Shown here: piece by piece, positions 8,595 through 16,369 of the stretch
How positions within the stretch are numbered: position 1 is the stretch's first letter
Layout: each line of letters starts with the position of its first letter
Sequence record: NC_073056.1
Source of the DNA: Escherichia phage rolling
Length of the DNA stretch: 46,017 nt
Reading direction: 5' to 3' (one strand)
Made by a program: the position numbers and the translations under genes
The notes under the pieces: generated by a model
Databases searched by the model: none
Seen by the model: only the letters and a program-made list of their open reading frames with translations
Told to the model about the DNA's origin: nothing

Positions 8595-8761
8595 TGCTTT
8601 ATCCTCACTACGGCGTCAGCGCTGCCGATCATGGAGAAGATTCCGTCGGAAAGGGCAATCTCTTCGCCGTTGTTGCGAATCTCGGCAACGGTAAAATACT
8701 CGCCCAGCAATTTGGACCACACACGCATTCCGACTTTTACTTCACTGGCTTTAATACGCAT
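8591..8761 (-). CDS. Hypothetical small protein (about 56 aa), translationally coupled to DNA polymerase
   Basis: Read by eye (below track cutoff): MRIKASEVKVGMRVW...; stop overlaps pol ATG in ATGA; AGGA RBS. Confidence 0.45.
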   Translation of the reverse strand: MRIKASEVKVGMRVWSKLLGEYFTVAEIRNNGEEIALSDGIFSMIGSADAVVRIKQ

Positions 8762-8773
8762 TTTTCATTGTCC

Positions 8774-8801
8774 TAATAAAAAGCCCGCATTAAGCGGGCT
8801 T
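8774..8801 (-). terminator. Intrinsic terminator/attenuator between SSB gene and polymerase
   Basis: Minus-strand hairpin AAGCCCGC/GCGGGCTT followed by U-rich tract. Confidence 0.5.
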
Positions 8802-8819
8802 GAATAGTGGGCTTTGCCC

Positions 8820-9599
8820 TTAACGGCGGCGACGTTTACGTGGTGCTTCGTCTTCGTCGTCTTCGTCCTCATCTTCGTCATCGCGGGACTTACGACGTTT
8901 ACGCGGCTTATCGTCTTCATCGTCGTCATCTTCATCACGGCGGCGCTTAGACTTGCGCGGTTTTTCATCTTCATCATCGTCGTCACGACGTTTTGACTTT
9001 TTGGATTTACGCGGTGCTTCGTCTTCGTCATCATCCAGGTCGTCGTCAGAGCAATATGCACCGCCGCCGCCACCGAAGGAATCCCCATCATCACGGAAGC
9101 GCATACCCAGCAGACCACAGCCTAAGCCTTTGCCGTTGGTATTGTTCCAGGCCCAAATATCTAAGGAAACGTTGCAATAGCAACCGGAATAGATTTCTTT
9201 CCCTTCGATTTCGTCGCCGTCGATGGTCAGACCCTGCTCCGTCTGCTTCTCGCCTTCGGAAGTCTGGATGATCGGCTGTTTGAATGATTTAGCGTTGATA
9301 TACAGCTTACCTTCAAACTCTTCCGTTACTTCTTCACGCTCATCACCATCTCGAACGGCACATTCTTTCGAATCCTGCGCGTAGTGGCGGTCCATCCACT
9401 TATCGGCGTTCTTCTCAGACTTCAGTTTTTCGGTGAGCACTGCGCGTGCCGCCGCTTCCACTTTGTCCACCTGCGGATCTTCTTTATCAAGAATAATCAC
9501 CGCACGATATGCCGGTTTTTGTCCATCCTGTTTAGGGGTATCACGCTCCCAAATTTTCAGGAAGCATACACGTACATTTTTCAGGTTGACTTTAGCCAT
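8820..9599 (-). CDS. SSB-like protein, DUF2815 family, with unusual alternating acidic/basic C-terminal tail
   Basis: N-terminus MAKVNLKNVRVCF...GQKPAYRAVIIL resembles DUF2815 phage SSB; start at internal ATG (M32) with GAGGA RBS; last ~76 aa are D/E blocks alternating with PRKxKxRR blocks. Confidence 0.7.
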   Translation of the reverse strand: MAKVNLKNVRVCFLKIWERDTPKQDGQKPAYRAVIILDKEDPQVDKVEAAARAVLTEKLKSEKNADKWMDRHYAQDSKECAVRDGDEREEVTEEFEGKLYINAKSFKQPIIQTSEGEKQTEQGLTIDGDEIEGKEIYSGCYCNVSLDIWAWNNTNGKGLGCGLLGMRFRDDGDSFGGGGGAYCSDDDLDDDEDEAPRKSKKSKRRDDDDEDEKPRKSKRRRDEDDDDEDDKPRKRRKSRDDEDEDEDDEDEAPRKRRRR

Positions 9600-9654
9600 T
9601 TTCCAATTCCTCATTTCACATGTATCGGGGTTATTAGAAGCCACCCCGTCCGGC

Positions 9655-9678
9655 TTGGTTGCTAATGTACTTGGTTGC
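9655..9678. promoter_or_regulatory. Pair of TTGGTTGC motifs in SSB upstream region
   Basis: TTGGTTGC at 9655-9662 and 9671-9678, between membrane protein gene and SSB gene. Confidence 0.4.
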
Positions 9679-9695
9679 GTTTCCGCGGTCAAGTG

Positions 9696-9929
9696 TTATT
9701 TATCAAAAAGTTTTAAAATCAGGTCGAGATATTTGTGCAGCCACACCAGTGGTGGGCGGTGCACGTTGTTTCCCATCCAGTTCAAACAGGCTTCGTTATA
9801 GCCGTCGTCCCATAAGCGGGATGGGTGGCGAATCATCCAGGCCAGCGCCAGCAGACCGCCGCAGGTATGTACTACGAATCCCAGCGCCGCAAGCGGCAGC
9901 ACCATAATCATTGCCAGAATCTTATTCAT
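9696..9929 (-). CDS. Small membrane protein (77 aa)
   Basis: Internal ATG (M43 of track ORF 9696..10055) 3 nt after upstream stop; hydrophobic ILAMIMVLPLAALGFVV... segment. Confidence 0.5.
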   Translation of the reverse strand: MNKILAMIMVLPLAALGFVVHTCGGLLALAWMIRHPSRLWDDGYNEACLNWMGNNVHRPPLVWLHKYLDLILKLFDK

Positions 9930-11352
9930 CGCCCAAATCCTCGTCGCTTGCTTCTTGCCATTCCGGGCGCGGGTCGTCAACTGGTGCCAGGACCGGTTTC
10001 GCCGGCGCACGCGTGATTTTATCTTGCAGTTTCGCCCACACTTTCGGTTTCTCATCCTTCAGCACCTTCTCGGCATCAGTAGGGCTGATTAATGATTCCT
10101 TGTACATCAGGTCGCGCTTGATCCGGGCCGTTGTGAATACAGCGATAACTTCGCTTTCATCCTTCCACTTACGCGCACCTTCACGACCAGCTACCAGCTT
10201 CAGGCCCAGCGCTTCGCCGTCACCGGCTAACACTGCTTTGAATACGGCAGTCTCGATCGCTTTGATGTGCTGGCGCATGGTTTCCAGGCCGTCGTAAGCC
10301 TTCTTCAGTTCTTCCGTGGTCATAGCACCGGCTGGCGCTTCTTTCTTGCCACGCTTCGCACGTCGGGCAGCTTTCCGGGCTTCGAGGTCCATGTTCTGGT
10401 CGTGGTTTTTGCATTCTTCCTCGGCGGCAATGCTTACATCGTCGCCCAGGTCTTCGTCGGTTGCCGTTGGTGGCGTCATTGTGTCGATGGCGGCTTTAGC
10501 GCGGGAACTACATTGGTCCGCAAATCGACACCACTGACACGCATCGGCGCTCGGACGGAAGTCTGCACGGGTGAGATTCTTCTTACCCTTAGCGAGGGCA
10601 TCCAGGGCGGCTACTGCGCGTTTTGCTGCGTACTTGGCGAAGATTTCCAGTGCTTCCACCGAAATATCCCACTCCGACGCCCCGCCGCAATACGGCTGGA
10701 ATATGACCAGGCGCACGGTTGTTATGTCGTACATCTTTTGCAGCTTGCGCAGCAGTCCGAGCGCATACAGCATAAGCTGTTTGTTCTCTTTCGCCTCGAC
10801 CTTATGGCGCCCGGTCTTCAGGTCGCCCACAATGAGCATGTACGTGCCGTCGGTCTTCTTCATTACCATAACCATATCGGCAGTACCGAAGGTCTTGATC
10901 GCTTCGCCGTCAATCTCGTAGCCTTTGTGCAGGACGCGAGTCAGATCCGCGCGCATCTCAAGCTGTACAAACTCGGCAACTTCAAGCAGCGGTCGCCAGT
11001 GGTCGATGTACGCGTCGCACTGTTTCACCATGTCGTCAGTTACCAGGATGGCGTCCTTAGGTGCTTTAGCTGCCGCTTTAACTGGTCCTTTACCCTGATT
11101 TTCGACGTAGCACCCTTTATATGTCTTCGCCGTGATGTGGTCTTCGCCTGCAATGATGCGGTTTAGTACCACTTCAGATACGGTGTGCATACTCGTACCG
11201 TTGATCGCGGCTTGCCCGGATTCGTTCGGAATACCTTTCTCCACCACCAGGGCGGCGGGACACCCCATCCATTTTTTAGCGCCGGATGGGCCGAGTAATG
11301 AGTGTTCTGTATTACTGCCGGATTGCGTCTTGCGCTTCGCTTTGATAGCCAT
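9922..11352 (-). CDS. PD-(D/E)xK nuclease, DUF2800/Cas4-like (phage exonuclease)
   Basis: N-terminal LLGPSGAKKWMGCP, GDLKTG, C-terminal Cys cluster CQWCRFADQC; conserved neighbour of DUF2815 and pol A. Confidence 0.75.
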   Translation of the reverse strand: MAIKAKRKTQSGSNTEHSLLGPSGAKKWMGCPAALVVEKGIPNESGQAAINGTSMHTVSEVVLNRIIAGEDHITAKTYKGCYVENQGKGPVKAAAKAPKDAILVTDDMVKQCDAYIDHWRPLLEVAEFVQLEMRADLTRVLHKGYEIDGEAIKTFGTADMVMVMKKTDGTYMLIVGDLKTGRHKVEAKENKQLMLYALGLLRKLQKMYDITTVRLVIFQPYCGGASEWDISVEALEIFAKYAAKRAVAALDALAKGKKNLTRADFRPSADACQWCRFADQCSSRAKAAIDTMTPPTATDEDLGDDVSIAAEEECKNHDQNMDLEARKAARRAKRGKKEAPAGAMTTEELKKAYDGLETMRQHIKAIETAVFKAVLAGDGEALGLKLVAGREGARKWKDESEVIAVFTTARIKRDLMYKESLISPTDAEKVLKDEKPKVWAKLQDKITRAPAKPVLAPVDDPRPEWQEASDEDLGDE

Positions 11353-11540
11353 TATTCGACCCTCGTAAATTGAGCAATATAATAATCATGCTTAATTCCT
11401 GCTTTCGCCGCGGCGTTATTCATTGTCGCTGCCAGTTCTTTCGCTTGCATCCAGCAACAATTCCAGTTCTGATTCATAATTATTTCCGGCTGTTCGTCGC
11501 CGGTGTTACGGCAGCGAAATAAAACAAAGAAAATACTCAT
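11352..11540 (-). CDS. Hypothetical small protein (62 aa)
   Basis: Internal ATG (M6 of track ORF 11352..11555); TAATG overlap with upstream gene. Confidence 0.4.
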   Translation of the reverse strand: MSIFFVLFRCRNTGDEQPEIIMNQNWNCCWMQAKELAATMNNAAAKAGIKHDYYIAQFTRVE

Positions 11541-11791
11541 TATGGCGTCTCCCAACGGTCAATAGTTTTTGCTTCAGATCCAACTGCAAAGCGAACATAT
11601 TCATGATTCGAGTCCGCCCATAAATAAAAGTCTGGATTAGCGAAGGTCGTGCGTTTAATTTGTGCCGGTGTTTCCCGCTTCTTACTAATTACGGCAACGC
11701 GCGATTGAAATGGGCCGGTGCGTTCGAATAGCCAATAATAAGGGCGCTGGTCGCGTGAATCCACCGCCTCGATTAGCGTGAAGCGTGCCAT
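11540..11791 (-). CDS. Hypothetical protein (83 aa)
   Basis: ORF track; GAGGA RBS. Confidence 0.6.
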   Translation of the reverse strand: MARFTLIEAVDSRDQRPYYWLFERTGPFQSRVAVISKKRETPAQIKRTTFANPDFYLWADSNHEYVRFAVGSEAKTIDRWETP

Positions 11792-11839
11792 TATCTCGTC
11801 CTCTAAAAATAGGCCCGCAGATTAGCGGGCCGGATAATA

Positions 11840-12358
11840 TTAATCTTCTAATTCGAAATACGTTTCTACGATTTCTTTTAAATCTTTGTGGAAGTCTTCG
11901 ACGTCGTCATCTTCCAGCTTGGCGACGGATTTAATTTCGAACGCTTCCAGCAGATCATCAAATTCGTCGTTTGCGTCGTCGTCATCTCCGCCCGCAATAA
12001 TAGCGGCATACTGTTTGATTTCGTCGCGCATTTCTTTAAGCGGATCGGCATCTTTCTTGCCTTTGCCTTTCGCCGGTGCTTTCTTAGATTTCGCCGGGGC
12101 TTCTTCCTCGTCCGCGTCGTCGTCTTCTTCTACGGCTTCTTTCTTAGCCTTGCCCTTTGCGGGCGCTTTTTTGGTCTTTGCCGGGGCTTCGTCTTCAGCA
12201 TCGTCATCTTCGGCTACTTCTTCTTTCGCCTTGCCCTTTGCCGGGGCTTTCTTCGCTTCCTGTTTACCAACGGCAGCGCCAGCAGTTTCATAATGCTTAG
12301 CGATGGTTTCCAGTGCTACAACGCCGCGAGTGATCAGGTTTACGATTTGCTCAAACAT
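11840..12358 (-). CDS. Charged low-complexity protein with three KKAPAKGKxKK / acidic repeats; first leftward early gene
   Basis: ORF track; ATG with GGAG RBS; repeats EEVAEDDDAEDEAPAKTKKAPAKGKAKK x3. Confidence 0.7.
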   Translation of the reverse strand: MFEQIVNLITRGVVALETIAKHYETAGAAVGKQEAKKAPAKGKAKEEVAEDDDAEDEAPAKTKKAPAKGKAKKEAVEEDDDADEEEAPAKSKKAPAKGKGKKDADPLKEMRDEIKQYAAIIAGGDDDDANDEFDDLLEAFEIKSVAKLEDDDVEDFHKDLKEIVETYFELED

Positions 12359-12419
12359 GGTATATCTCCGATTGGTTAATTTTAAGTGTTCGGTGCGGTA
12401 TGCCCCGTCAACGAGGTGA

Positions 12420-12449
12420 ATAATAGATTGGTTGCATGCGGGGTGTCAA
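12420..12449 (-). promoter_or_regulatory. Leftward early promoter (TTGACA-N18-TATTAT)
   Basis: Minus-strand -35 TTGACA (plus 12444-12449), -10 TATTAT (plus 12420-12425); ATTGGTTGCA motif (12427-12436) fills the spacer. Confidence 0.55.
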
Positions 12450-12460
12450 CAACTAATTTC

Positions 12461-12497
12461 AAAAAAAAAAAAGCGCCGAGGCAAAATGCGACGGCGC
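12461..12497 (-). terminator. Minus-strand intrinsic terminator in divergent control region
   Basis: GCGCCG/CGGCGC stem preceded on plus strand by A12, giving hairpin + U12 on minus-strand RNA. Confidence 0.55.
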
Positions 12498-12568
12498 TAA
12501 CCAATAAGAGACAATGAGACGTGATTATTATTACACGCGTGCGCGCCCGTTTCAATATTCAAAAGGAG

Positions 12569-12597
12569 TTGACACCCTGCAATTTTAGGTGTAGTTT
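12569..12597 (+). promoter_or_regulatory. Rightward promoter (TTGACA-N17-TAGTTT)
   Basis: Consensus -35 TTGACA 12569-12574, -10 TAGTTT 12592-12597, upstream of AGGAG RBS and ATG 12629. Confidence 0.55.
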
Positions 12598-12628
12598 CGT
12601 TGGTCATTAACCAATAGGAGACAGAACA

Positions 12629-12958
12629 ATGCATATCAACGACGCAATCGAAATGTTAACCAATGCTGTTAGCGGTGAGACAAGCCGGTCCTGGGCTTAT
12701 ACCGATGCCGTGGGTGAGGTGCTATTTGAAATCGAACGTCTGCGCAGTGTCGAAAAAGAATTGCGCGCCAAGCTGGAATTGCTAAACGGTACGGCAGCAA
12801 GCAAGTTGCAAAAGCACAACGAAGAAATGGAAGAATACAAAAAGCAGGTTATCCGTTTACGCGACGAGGGCAAGTCCTGGGCGATGATTGCCGAGTTGAC
12901 AGGAATTAATCAGAGCACCGTACGCTCATGGGTACGCAATAATAAAACTTCTAAATAA
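12629..12958 (+). CDS. HTH DNA-binding regulator (109 aa)
   Basis: C-terminal helix-turn-helix SWAMIAELTGINQSTVRSWVRN; ATG with AGGAG RBS. Confidence 0.75.
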   Translation: MHINDAIEMLTNAVSGETSRSWAYTDAVGEVLFEIERLRSVEKELRAKLELLNGTAASKLQKHNEEMEEYKKQVIRLRDEGKSWAMIAELTGINQSTVRSWVRNNKTSK

Positions 12959-12968
12959 GGCAACGGCA

Positions 12969-15230
12969 ATGAGAGATTATTTAATTGAGTTCGGCACCGT
13001 CGGCGGTAAATACGGCAAACGTGTTAAAAACCATTCTATGACTGAAGCCGAGTTTATGGAATACGTCGCTGATACCGTTGAATTATCCAGCGTAACCATT
13101 ACCGGCGACGAGACTAAGAAAGAATACGACGAGGTGAAAGGCAAGGCGGAAGGCATTGTCGCCACCACTAAAGGCCGGGGACGTCGTGCTACGGAAGTGG
13201 GTGTCCGTTCCGTACTGTTCTATGACCTGGACCGCACTGACAACCGTACCCTCGGTCGCGTTAAGCGTGCCTTTCGCAAATCCGGCTTATCCCACGTCTA
13301 CTACTCCACTACAGGCGACCGCCACCCGCTGAAGGGCGGCACACGTTGCGCCCGTTTCCTGGTGCTCACTGATAAACCGGTTGATGTTTCCGATTTAGGC
13401 CGTGCGCAGTTCGCACTATTGAAACACCTGGGGCTGGAAGACGTGCCGTTTGATGATTGCACAAAAAACGTTAACAACCTGCAATTCCTCCCCCATTCCG
13501 GATCTACCGTGTCGTGTCATCCTGGCACGCCAGCCCGTGTCCGTCGTCTGCTTCGCCTGGCTGACAAGCTGGGAGTGGAGAAAGAGGAAGTACGCCGCGA
13601 ACTGACCCAGGGCGACGATGGCGTGGCGGACGGGATTCTGGATTGGTGCTTCCAGGCTGGCTTTGAACCACTGTCATCCGGTCGCGGTTATGAAGTGCCG
13701 TGCCCGAACGAGCACCTGCATAGCGGCGGCGGGTCGACGGCTATCATGGTTAAGGATGGCGAGATCCGTTTCAAGTGTATGCACACCGGAAACGAGTGCT
13801 GTTCCGAACTGAACAGACACCAGCACCTGGCGCTACGTCTTATAGGGATCCCGGACCACCTGAACGTCGAACCGCACAACATGTCACGTAAGCAAATCGC
13901 CGCCATTCTCCCTGGACTGGACGACGAGGAAGTCGAATCGTGCTATGAACATATTGTTGATGCAGTTGGCGACGGCGAAGAATACGGCGTGTGCACCGAT
14001 GCGGATCTGGATAACGAGCCGGTCGCACTCTTCAGTAAGCACGACCCGATCATAGAAGGCCTGGTAAACTTCAAATCGACCTGGTACATGGCTGGCGAGT
14101 CGAACATCGGTAAATCGTTCTACGTGCTGGGGCAAATGGGCGCGGTTGCCGCGGGGATTCCGTTCGGTGGCGCGAAGGTAGTCCAGTCTCATTGCTTCTA
14201 TTTCGACGCGGAAGGTGGTGAAGCCTCCAACCAGCGTAAAGAAGCATTGCAGATTAAATACGAGCACGACCTGGACAAGCTGCACATTATCGATCTGCAA
14301 TCACGCGGCTGGGATATCACCAGCAAATCCGGCTTGCGTGAAGTTATCAGCTTCATCAACCGCACCGCTAACGGCGAGCCGGTTGGCCTGGTGGCGTTCG
14401 ACTCACTCAACCAGACTGTTGCGCTGCGGTCCGCCGATGCAAAACCGTTCGACGAGAATAACGCCAGCGATATGGGTGAAGTGGTCAAAGCGCTGAAGGC
14501 CATTGCGGAAAATACAGGCGGCAGTGCGGGCGTCATCCACCACCCAGCGAAGGGTGCAAACGGCAGCAGATCTCCCCGTGGGTCCGGCGCGCTTCATGGT
14601 GCTGTTGATTCTGCGTTCTTCCTGGAACAGCCGGATGACAACCAGCCAGGCCAACTCAACCTGTATCACGAAAAATCCCGTAACGGGATTAAGCAAGCGC
14701 CGCGTGGCTTCGTCCTGCTCAAATGCAAGGTGAAGGTGGATCTCCGTAAGTCCGAGGCGTTCGAAGCCCACCAGTCCACCAGCACCGGTCCGGACTTCGG
14801 CGATGTGGTTGCCGGTTGGGACGTCAAGCCAATTGCATCCACGCCACGCGACGAGACTCTCTACCTCGTACCGGTCGCCCTGGCACCGTTCGCTATCGAA
14901 CAGGCGAAGGCGGCTGGCAAGGCAGCAGTTAAGGAAGAGAACACCGCCGGTCCGCGCAACGAAAAAGAGAAAGTGCTTTATGCGGCGCTGGAAAAACTGA
15001 TGGAAGATAACCCGGACCATACCGGATTCAGTAAATCGGCAATTGTCCGCCAGGCAGGGCTGGCAAAAGGTGGCACTTCGACGAAGGCAATCGACGATAT
15101 GGTGGAGCGCGGAGTGATAGGTTTTTACACCGATCCGCACACCGGGGCCATCTATGGGTCGTCTAATTTGGTCATAAAAACGAATATACCCATCACGCTT
15201 TCGGCGACCGATGACGACCTGAAAGATTAA
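12969..15230 (+). CDS. Primase-helicase replication initiator (primase-polymerase N-domain, RecA-like ATPase, C-terminal winged-helix-like region)
   Basis: Walker A GESNIGKS, RecA-like AFDSLNQ / VIHHPAKG segments, C-terminal HTH-like tail. Confidence 0.85.
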   Translation: MRDYLIEFGTVGGKYGKRVKNHSMTEAEFMEYVADTVELSSVTITGDETKKEYDEVKGKAEGIVATTKGRGRRATEVGVRSVLFYDLDRTDNRTLGRVKRAFRKSGLSHVYYSTTGDRHPLKGGTRCARFLVLTDKPVDVSDLGRAQFALLKHLGLEDVPFDDCTKNVNNLQFLPHSGSTVSCHPGTPARVRRLLRLADKLGVEKEEVRRELTQGDDGVADGILDWCFQAGFEPLSSGRGYEVPCPNEHLHSGGGSTAIMVKDGEIRFKCMHTGNECCSELNRHQHLALRLIGIPDHLNVEPHNMSRKQIAAILPGLDDEEVESCYEHIVDAVGDGEEYGVCTDADLDNEPVALFSKHDPIIEGLVNFKSTWYMAGESNIGKSFYVLGQMGAVAAGIPFGGAKVVQSHCFYFDAEGGEASNQRKEALQIKYEHDLDKLHIIDLQSRGWDITSKSGLREVISFINRTANGEPVGLVAFDSLNQTVALRSADAKPFDENNASDMGEVVKALKAIAENTGGSAGVIHHPAKGANGSRSPRGSGALHGAVDSAFFLEQPDDNQPGQLNLYHEKSRNGIKQAPRGFVLLKCKVKVDLRKSEAFEAHQSTSTGPDFGDVVAGWDVKPIASTPRDETLYLVPVALAPFAIEQAKAAGKAAVKEENTAGPRNEKEKVLYAALEKLMEDNPDHTGFSKSAIVRQAGLAKGGTSTKAIDDMVERGVIGFYTDPHTGAIYGSSNLVIKTNIPITLSATDDDLKD

Positions 15231-15339
15231 TTTGTGCGCGTATTGGTTGCCGATATGGGAATTCCCATATCGCTAAAAGATTAAATTTTGCGCGCATTGG
15301 TTGCCATTTTGGGTGTTTTTAGCTGGTCGCATTGGTTGC
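15222..15339 (+). repeat. Tandem duplication of primase 3' end with three ATTGGTTGCC motifs and a 22-bp perfect palindrome
   Basis: AAAGATTAA..GCGCG.ATTGGTTGCC at 15222-15251 and 15276-15305 (~27/30 identical); palindrome CGATATGGGAATTCCCATATCG at 15251-15272; third ATTGGTTGC at 15331-15339. Confidence 0.7.
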
Positions 15340-15371
15340 CGTGTAGTGTAAATATAGTGAATAGTTATGCA

Positions 15372-15547
15372 GTTTTATTGCATAAAGTAAGCGGGACAAA
15401 AAGCGGGACAAACATGGGGCGGGACAAAGCGGGACAGCACCCCCTGTCCCGCCCGGATGGCGCGGCTTGCGGAGGAGCGGGACAGGCGGGACAAACCTCA
15501 GTCTTTCAGACTAGACGGGGTCAGTTGGCCCCCCTCGTCTGAGACTG
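15372..15547 (+). repeat. Iteron array 1: GCGGGACA x7 with TGCATAA motifs and conserved ~50-bp imperfect hairpin
   Basis: GCGGGACA at 15391, 15403, 15419, 15429, 15477, 15487 plus inverted TGTCCCGC at 15445; hairpin 15499-15547; AT-rich stretch just upstream. Confidence 0.85.
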
Positions 15548-15701
15548 CATAAAATCCGGGATTGCATAACGCACGGCAGCATGATGTGAATTGCGGTCGT
15601 CGATGAACTAGGCAACCAATGCGTGTTGAATAATGGAGAGTGAAAAATGCAGTTTGCAGTTGCAGCAGATAGCGATCAACTTTTTCATACGCATGATTAA
15701 T

Positions 15702-15742
15702 ATTGGTTGCATTCAGCCTGGCACCCTGCTAGATTGGTTGCA
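15702..15742 (+). promoter_or_regulatory. Promoter-like element with two ATTGGTTGCA motifs upstream of gene 15764
   Basis: ATTGGTTGC 15702-15710 and ATTGGTTGCA 15733-15742; TTGCAT-N17-TAGATT reads as a sigma70-like promoter. Confidence 0.45.
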
Positions 15743-15763
15743 CACCAACAAGAGGATTGAACA

Positions 15764-16090
15764 ATGAGAGCATTAATCTGGAATTACTCACTGGCAATGG
15801 CGAAGGCACAAGAAGCGGCGGAGTTCGCCGGTGAGGGGGCGGAAGCGGTAGAAAGACTATCGGCAGCGTGGTCCGTTGTTCGCGTCACGCAGCAGGCCAT
15901 CGCCTGTATGCTGGAGCGCCGCTTCGACACGATGGAAGAGATCCAGCCGCTGGCTTCTGCCATCCAGGACTACGCGCTTGCATTCGCCCGTGAGCGCCTG
16001 GCCTATCGCCTCGGTATTGGCGAGAAGGCATTGGCAAACGTCGCCCGGATTAAAGCCCAGCGCGAACTATTCGCCAAGCTTGCGAAATAA
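15764..16090 (+). CDS. Hypothetical protein (108 aa)
   Basis: ORF track; ATG with AGAGGA RBS. Confidence 0.7.
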   Translation: MRALIWNYSLAMAKAQEAAEFAGEGAEAVERLSAAWSVVRVTQQAIACMLERRFDTMEEIQPLASAIQDYALAFARERLAYRLGIGEKALANVARIKAQRELFAKLAK

Positions 16091-16099
16091 GGGGTCAAA

Positions 16100-16369
16100 A
16101 TGAGCCGTAGTCGAGCTAAACAGCTTTCTTGGCACATTCCCCTGCATTGCATACGAATATGGGCTAAGAACGCGATTGAGGGCGATTCCGTGTACTGGTG
16201 CTATCGCGATGACGTGAAGCCACTAACGCAGACTCGCTACTTGCACCAGTTCGCAGCACAACATGATTTCTATGTGCGGACTTCCTTGCAACCAATGGGA
16301 ATACGTATTACATTACGCCGGAAGCCCGCCGTTGAGCGGGTAGGCAAACACTGGAGACTGAGCAAATGA
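16100..16369 (+). CDS. Hypothetical protein (89 aa)
   Basis: ORF track; ATG with AAGGGG RBS. Confidence 0.65.
   Translation: MSRSRAKQLSWHIPLHCIRIWAKNAIEGDSVYWCYRDDVKPLTQTRYLHQFAAQHDFYVRTSLQPMGIRITLRRKPAVERVGKHWRLSK

Noticed and set aside
11886-12379. Two plus-strand ORFs (135 and 163 aa) antisense to the charged-repeat gene
   Set aside because: Low-complexity Ser/Phe-rich translations produced by the antisense of the repeat gene; no RBS; the minus-strand gene has a proper start and RBS
15288-15542. Plus-strand ORF (84 aa) running through iteron array 1
   Set aside because: The translation is just the repeats read in frame (GTKSGTNMGRDKAGQ...); no RBS, low-complexity product; same for ORFs 32468..32656 and the N-terminal 133 codons of track ORF 32332..35376
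15372-15547. Possible CRISPR array (short direct repeats)
   Set aside because: Repeat unit is only 8 bp with irregular 2-8 bp spacing and mixed orientation; no spacers of uniform length and no cas genes; it is an iteron-type array
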